A stretch of 64,000 bases of DNA. Source: Cyanophyceae cyanobacterium. Lineage in GTDB: Bacteria; Cyanobacteriota; Cyanobacteriia; Cyanobacteriales; JBHJGN01. The stretch is from contig JBHJGN010000063.1 in the NCBI GenBank assembly GCA_050331735.1, forward strand, positions 1 through 64,000, given 5' to 3'. The notes beneath the pieces are model-generated. The model was not told where the DNA came from and did not search any database. It saw nothing but the letters and a program-made list of their open reading frames with translations. Positions 58,857 to 64,000 of the stretch are shown here, one piece after another. The number at the start of each line of letters is the position of its first letter. Position 1 is the first letter of the stretch. The translations under genes were made by a program, and so were the position numbers.

Positions 58857-60578
58857 CTACCGAACTTGTTTGAGGCTTTCTACCTTATCGGAGAACAGTT
58901 CGGTAAATAGACTCAAGACCGTGCGCTTTTCTCTTACTTTAATGTTGACGCTGACCGACATTCCTGACTGAAGCGGGATTTCCCGCTCTCCCCTCGTCTC
59001 TAAAACTTGCTGTTCTAGATTGACCTTAACGGGGAAGCGATAGAAGCGATCAATTTCGTCGGGCGGAAGAGCATCGGAGCCAACCGATGTAATGGTCCCG
59101 TCGATATCTCCAAATTCACTAAAGGGGAAAGAGTCGATGCGAACGTCCGCATTCTGGCCTTCCCGCACAAAGCCAATATCCTGGTTAGTGACGTACACTT
59201 CGGCAACCAGGTGGTCTTCTGGCACGATTTTCAGTAGGGCTTCGGCCTGAGATGGATTGGGCACAAAACCTGGAGTAGCCTGGAGGTCGAATACCGTTCC
59301 CGATACCGGAGCGCGTAGTTCCTGATACTGGAGCGTGAGGTTCGTCCGGCTAATTTGGCTATCTAACTCCGCTAGGCGATTCTGGTTGTCTAACATCAGC
59401 TTGGTTAACTGACTGTCAATTTCCGCAATGCGCTTAGTGTTCTCGGCGATGCGATCTAAAACGTCTCTCTCGGAACCGGAAGAGGTGTTGACAAGCTCTT
59501 CTTTGGCCTGAGCAATATCGAGCTGGAGGCGCTGGCTCTCTTCGGCGAGCTGATCGATCTGCGCCCTAATGGTCTGGACCTGCTGCTGCTGCTGGTCGTA
59601 TTCAATCCGACCGTTGCTTTGCTGTTCGACGAGAGCGGCATAGCGATCGCTGACCTCTTGACGCTGCCGATCGAGCTGGATTTTGGCGATCGCGCCTTCT
59701 TCGATAAGCGGGCTAATGTCTGACAGAATTTGGCGCTCAATCTCAAGGCTTCTTTCGGCCTGGTCCACCGATTGCTCATTGCGCTGGCCGATCTGCGAGA
59801 GCACCTGCTGTGCGGTCAGAAGCTGCGCTCTGGCATCAGCGAGTTCGGCGCGGTTTTGGTTGAGCTGCCGCTGGAGCTGGGCGACTTCTAGGCGAGCGGC
59901 GGAGGCGCGGGAGTTCATCTCGGCGGTGGCCGCTCGCAGCCGCGCCCGCTGCTCGGGAGACAGATTGCTGCCGGGGATAGAGCCCACCTGAGCGCGATAG
60001 AGCTGGTTCTCCGCAACGAGGGTGGCGCGGTTACGGGCGAGCGCCACAATCTGCGGTGGCACTTCTAGTTTGACCAGGGCTTCTTCAATTTCAAACGGGT
60101 CAAGAGACTGCTCCATCAGCACTTGGTAAAACTGATTCTCTTGCTCGAGCGAATTTCGGACAGACTTGAGAGATTCGAGTTCGGCTTTAGACGCGGTTGG
60201 ATCTAGGGTGGCCAGCAGTGCCCCCTCTTCGACCCGCTCTCCCTCTTCGACGAATACCTCTTTAACCACTCCGTTAACGGGAGCCTGCACTTCTTTAACG
60301 GTTTCTTGGGGCTTGAGCTGACCCTGAGCGGGAACGGCCTGTTCAATCTTGGCAAAGCTGGCCCAGGCCACTCCAAAAGTCGCCACGCCCATAATGGTGT
60401 AAACCACCGCTCGGGACCACTTCGGTGACTGCTTGAGCACGACTCCTTGATCGAAGGGGCGGGATGGTGCCTTGGGCGCAGAATCGTTGGCAGATTGGTT
60501 GGCTACTTGGGTCTTTGCTCCTCTTTGCTTATGATGTCCGTTGCGATCGCGTCCGTTTTTACTCAGTTGATTCGTCAT
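58857..60578 (-). CDS. hlyD: HlyD-family type I secretion adaptor
   Basis: TM, VQAPVNGVV, long coiled coil, DSFPFSEFG, LQSGMSV; likely start ATG 60578. Confidence 0.92.
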   Translation of the reverse strand: MTNQLSKNGRDRNGHHKQRGAKTQVANQSANDSAPKAPSRPFDQGVVLKQSPKWSRAVVYTIMGVATFGVAWASFAKIEQAVPAQGQLKPQETVKEVQAPVNGVVKEVFVEEGERVEEGALLATLDPTASKAELESLKSVRNSLEQENQFYQVLMEQSLDPFEIEEALVKLEVPPQIVALARNRATLVAENQLYRAQVGSIPGSNLSPEQRARLRAATAEMNSRASAARLEVAQLQRQLNQNRAELADARAQLLTAQQVLSQIGQRNEQSVDQAERSLEIERQILSDISPLIEEGAIAKIQLDRQRQEVSDRYAALVEQQSNGRIEYDQQQQQVQTIRAQIDQLAEESQRLQLDIAQAKEELVNTSSGSERDVLDRIAENTKRIAEIDSQLTKLMLDNQNRLAELDSQISRTNLTLQYQELRAPVSGTVFDLQATPGFVPNPSQAEALLKIVPEDHLVAEVYVTNQDIGFVREGQNADVRIDSFPFSEFGDIDGTITSVGSDALPPDEIDRFYRFPVKVNLEQQVLETRGEREIPLQSGMSVSVNIKVREKRTVLSLFTELFSDKVESLKQVR

Positions 60579-60591
60579 CAGTCTATCCTTA

Positions 60592-63555
60592 TTAAAGTCT
60601 GGATTCTTGTTGCTGATAGAGATAGTAGTAATGCCCGGCTTTAGCCATGAGCTGTTCGTGGGATCCTTGTTCAACCACCGCTCCTGCCTCCATCATGACA
60701 ATGACATCCGCTTGCTTCACGGTTCCCAAACGATGGGTGATAAAGAAAACGGTCCGGTTGGCAAACGCTTCTTGGAGATTCAAACAGACTTCTTGCTCTG
60801 TCGCATAGTCAAGAGCGCTGGTGGCTTCGTCTAGCACCAAAACATTGGGCTGCTGTAAGATAGTCCGAGCGATGGCGATTCGCTGACGCTGACCGCCAGA
60901 AAGAGCCGAGCCTCGTTCTCCTACTCTGGTATTATACCCATTGGGTAGGTTCATGATAAACTCATGAGCTGCCGCCGTTTGAGCGGCCTGGATCACGTCT
61001 TCTGTAGACGCATCGGGATTAGTCAAAGCAATGTTTTCCTGAACGGTGCCGTCAAACAGCAGTGGCTCTTGAGGAACCACGCCAATTTGGCGGCGCAGAG
61101 AATAAAGCTCGACTTTATTAATGTCGTACCCATCAACGAGAATTCGTCCGCCCTCTGGCTCGTATAGCCGCGAAATTAGCTTGGTCAGGGTACTTTTGCC
61201 GGCTCCACTGCGGCCCACCACTCCGACAAAGGTGCCCGGGGGAAAGTCGAGAGACACATTATTGAGCTGGAGAGGACCGCTGTTTTTAAACCGGAACGAA
61301 ACATTTTCGTACTTGACGGCTCCGATGATTTGAGGCATGGGAATGTTGTAGCGGTCTTCTTCTGCCTCCTGAGGCGTATCGACAATATCGCCCAGCCGCT
61401 CTAGGGACAGAGCCGTTTCCTGGAAGTTCTGCCACAGTTGCGCTAGCCGCAGCATTGGAGAGGTAACATAGCTGGCAATAATGCGGAAGGCAATAAGCTG
61501 TCCGAGGGATAGTTCCCCCTGGAGCACCAGCGAGGCTCCTACCCACAGCACCAGCAGACCGCTAAATTTATTGAGAAAATTACTCGCCGAACTCGCAATG
61601 GTGGAAGTGACGACCGTGTTAAACCCGGCACTGACGTAGCGAGCGTAGCGCTCTTGCCACTGCCAGCGCGAGCGCAGCTCGATATTTTGGGCTTTGACGG
61701 TGCCGATGCCGGACATGACTTCGACTAGGTAGGATTGAGTCTGAGCATTGCGTTCGGCTTTAGTTCGGAGCTGACGACGAATGGTGGGCGAGAAAAACAG
61801 GGTCAGGCCGATAAAGATGGGGATAATCCCTAGGGCTACTAGCGTCAGCAGCGGACTGTAGATCACCATGACGACAATGTAGACCACCGAGAACACCGTG
61901 TCTAACACCACCGTCAGGGCGGTTCCGGTCAAGAATTGGCGAATATTTTCGAGTTCGCCAACGCGGGTGGCAATTTCGCCCACGGGACGCCGCTCGAAGT
62001 ACCGTAGCGGCAGCCGCAGCAGGTGATCGATAATTTCTGACCCCAGGTTCATATCGATCCGGTTAGTGGTATCGACAAACAGGTAGGTCCGCAGAGTACT
62101 CAAGAAGGCCTCGAAAACGGCAATGACCAGGAGAAAAATGCCGAGAACCTGGAGAGTGTCGGGACTGTTTTGAACAATCACTTTGTCGATGATGACTTGA
62201 ATCATCAACGGATTCGCCAGTCCAAAGAGCTGTACAAAGAAGGAAGCAACGAATACTTCCAGCAAAACGCGGCGGTAGCGAACCAGGGAGGGCAAAAACC
62301 ACCGCAGGCCAAAGCGCTCTTTGGGCGTTTCTTTCGTTGGTTTGAGCAACAACACCTGGCCGTCGTCGGACCAGGTTTCGACGAAATCAGCTAGCTGACG
62401 CTTGAGGAGACCAATTTCTGGAACCCCAATAACGATTTGCTGAGCGTTGACCTCGTAAATAATGGCGAGACTGTCCTGCCAGCGAACGAGGGCGGGGGTT
62501 TGTAGGCGCGGGAGAGCATTGGCGGGAACGGTGACGAGCTGAGCCGTTAGCCCCATCAGTTCGGCCACTGCACCACAGACATTCAACGACAAGCTGCCAA
62601 TGCGGCTGAGCTGGTCGGCTAACACCCGACGAATGACGTCTTTACGAAACGGCATGCCGAAATACTGGCTGAGCATCTGAAAACAGGCTACCCCGGCGTC
62701 TAAAGGACTTTTGCCGCGAATGAACGGGTAGTGAGATGATTCTCTTCCCTGGGGCGGTTCTTCGCCGAGCAGTTCGGCTTCGGCGTAGGGAACCTCCTCC
62801 AGGGTTGCTGAGGCAGCGGGGCGATGGCGCTCATCTGGTCCTGTCTCCTCTGTCAAGGATAAACAGCGACGGGGAATCCCCACTAGTCGAGCGGGTTTGG
62901 CCCCCTGAACCGTAACGGGATGGGTAAACTCAAGCTGACTGCCCACCGGATAATCGGCGACTTCTGAGCCACCGCTGACCAGCCAGACACGGTCGGCACT
63001 GGCGCGCTCAGGAGCTTGAGTGTGCTGTCCGGGAGGAAGGAGGTGTACCTGAGCCGTCTCGAGAGCCTCAAAGGCCAGTTCTTTGAGGTTGCCTTCTCCT
63101 TGGGCCTGCTGCTCAAGCTGATGACCCAGCAGGTCAAAGACTTCGAGGAGCGACGGGCGCTGGCTGAGAGCCGCTTCTAGAGAGGGAGTGCGGTCGAGAA
63201 ACTGTTCCCAATCTGACACACTCATGGTTAAACAAACGACTTCCGTTGAGGCGATCGCTGTTTCACACGGGATCCCCCGCATCCAGTTCACTTTGCCCAG
63301 GATAGCCCCCGGCTCTAGCCGAGCCAGGGTAACCGGCACGTTTGTGCGCGGGTCGTATCCGAGCCATCTTGCCTGTCCCTGGTAGAGAATGGCGACTCGC
63401 TTAGGCATTTTGGAGCGAACCATAATGGTTTGCCCCATGCGATAGCGCAACGGCTGAAGGCGGCGGGCGAACTCTGCAAGAGCCTGAGGAGAGAGGTCTC
63501 CAAATGGCTCTATTTGAGCGAGAAAGTCAGAAATTGTGGTTGTCGTTTGACTCAT
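60592..63555 (-). CDS. hlyB: HlyB-family type I secretion ABC transporter (cNMP-like, C39-like, TMD, NBD)
   Basis: GRSGAGKST, LSGGQRQR, LDEATSALD. Confidence 0.93.
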   Translation of the reverse strand: MSQTTTTISDFLAQIEPFGDLSPQALAEFARRLQPLRYRMGQTIMVRSKMPKRVAILYQGQARWLGYDPRTNVPVTLARLEPGAILGKVNWMRGIPCETAIASTEVVCLTMSVSDWEQFLDRTPSLEAALSQRPSLLEVFDLLGHQLEQQAQGEGNLKELAFEALETAQVHLLPPGQHTQAPERASADRVWLVSGGSEVADYPVGSQLEFTHPVTVQGAKPARLVGIPRRCLSLTEETGPDERHRPAASATLEEVPYAEAELLGEEPPQGRESSHYPFIRGKSPLDAGVACFQMLSQYFGMPFRKDVIRRVLADQLSRIGSLSLNVCGAVAELMGLTAQLVTVPANALPRLQTPALVRWQDSLAIIYEVNAQQIVIGVPEIGLLKRQLADFVETWSDDGQVLLLKPTKETPKERFGLRWFLPSLVRYRRVLLEVFVASFFVQLFGLANPLMIQVIIDKVIVQNSPDTLQVLGIFLLVIAVFEAFLSTLRTYLFVDTTNRIDMNLGSEIIDHLLRLPLRYFERRPVGEIATRVGELENIRQFLTGTALTVVLDTVFSVVYIVVMVIYSPLLTLVALGIIPIFIGLTLFFSPTIRRQLRTKAERNAQTQSYLVEVMSGIGTVKAQNIELRSRWQWQERYARYVSAGFNTVVTSTIASSASNFLNKFSGLLVLWVGASLVLQGELSLGQLIAFRIIASYVTSPMLRLAQLWQNFQETALSLERLGDIVDTPQEAEEDRYNIPMPQIIGAVKYENVSFRFKNSGPLQLNNVSLDFPPGTFVGVVGRSGAGKSTLTKLISRLYEPEGGRILVDGYDINKVELYSLRRQIGVVPQEPLLFDGTVQENIALTNPDASTEDVIQAAQTAAAHEFIMNLPNGYNTRVGERGSALSGGQRQRIAIARTILQQPNVLVLDEATSALDYATEQEVCLNLQEAFANRTVFFITHRLGTVKQADVIVMMEAGAVVEQGSHEQLMAKAGHYYYLYQQQESRL

Positions 63556-64000
63556 GGCGTTAGCACATCTGAGGGTGACTCGTCGGCGGTAAGAGACACT
63601 TTTTGCTGAAGCTGTTCGCGCAGCCAGCCAGCAAACTGTTCTTCAAGCAGTTTCTGTCGGGTCGGCTCATTGAGCTGAGCGCTAATCAGTTTTTCGAGGC
63701 GTAGAATAATCCACCATTCCCCGATTCGTACCGGAGGCAGCAGTTGACCGGGCTCGCTGGTCGCGAGCATTTGGGCAATTTGCGGATGAGGAGTGCCTAA
63801 TTCCACTGGACCCACTAGCCCTCCGGTTTGGGCTTCTGGCCCGAGGGAATACTGTTTGGCTAGCTCGGTAAAAGTTTTTTCCTGCTCCTGAATCTGGAAG
63901 TACAGCTCTTGGGCCACTCCAAGTTCAGAAAGTCGAATCAGCGAGTAAATTACCTTATCGAGCTGTCGCTTTCGGGACAAAAAGCACGCTTCTAGCTGCG
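63552..64000 (-). CDS. PpiC-type peptidylprolyl isomerase, 5' end outside the window
   Basis: LDKVIYSLIR, AQELYFQI, LAKQYSLGPEAQTGG; frame open to the window edge. Confidence 0.88.
   Translation of the reverse strand, partial: QLEACFLSRKRQLDKVIYSLIRLSELGVAQELYFQIQEQEKTFTELAKQYSLGPEAQTGGLVGPVELGTPHPQIAQMLATSEPGQLLPPVRIGEWWIILRLEKLISAQLNEPTRQKLLEEQFAGWLREQLQQKVSLTADESPSDVLTP

Noticed and set aside
2394..63257. Highly frequent GCGATCGC
   Set aside because: This is the well-known cyanobacterial HIP1 palindrome; used only as a taxonomic clue.
2010..63503. Many short ORFs nested in or antisense to recognised genes
   Set aside because: Shadow frames with no motifs or independent support.

Overview
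Cyanobacterial chromosomal segment, identified by very frequent HIP1 GCGATCGC octamers and by rpaB, petM, ccb4, ntcB-cnaT, clpR/clpP and a Fed2-type ferredoxin. Most genes are housekeeping: bvdR, pepN, coaD-cdv3, ygfZ, radA/rpaB, mrdA, cobA plus a chelatase, devBCA-type exporter, trpG, dgkA, ybeY, mnmA, tRNA-Ser(GGA), frameshifted prfB, nnr, miaB, aroH, sppA, coaBC and a PpiC-HlyB-HlyD type I secretion cluster. The window opens with the end of an IS200/IS605-type element abutting a decayed TIGR03032 gene. The most notable observations are: (1) a ClpP-N/ClpR-C chimeric inactive subunit located between clpR and clpP; (2) a coiled-coil gene paired with a protein carrying 23-aa repeats, a roadblock-like domain, a TM helix, BON and OmpA domains; (3) a candidate structured leader that pairs with the Shine-Dalgarno of an apparently CTG-initiated esterase-DUF2555-coaBC operon; (4) a block encoding an MshEN-like membrane protein, a divergent Amt with an NtcA box and a membrane-anchored TRAFAC GTPase; (5) dispersed intergenic repeats built from covarying micro-hairpins. 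All calls come from motif recognition by eye; no database search was run.
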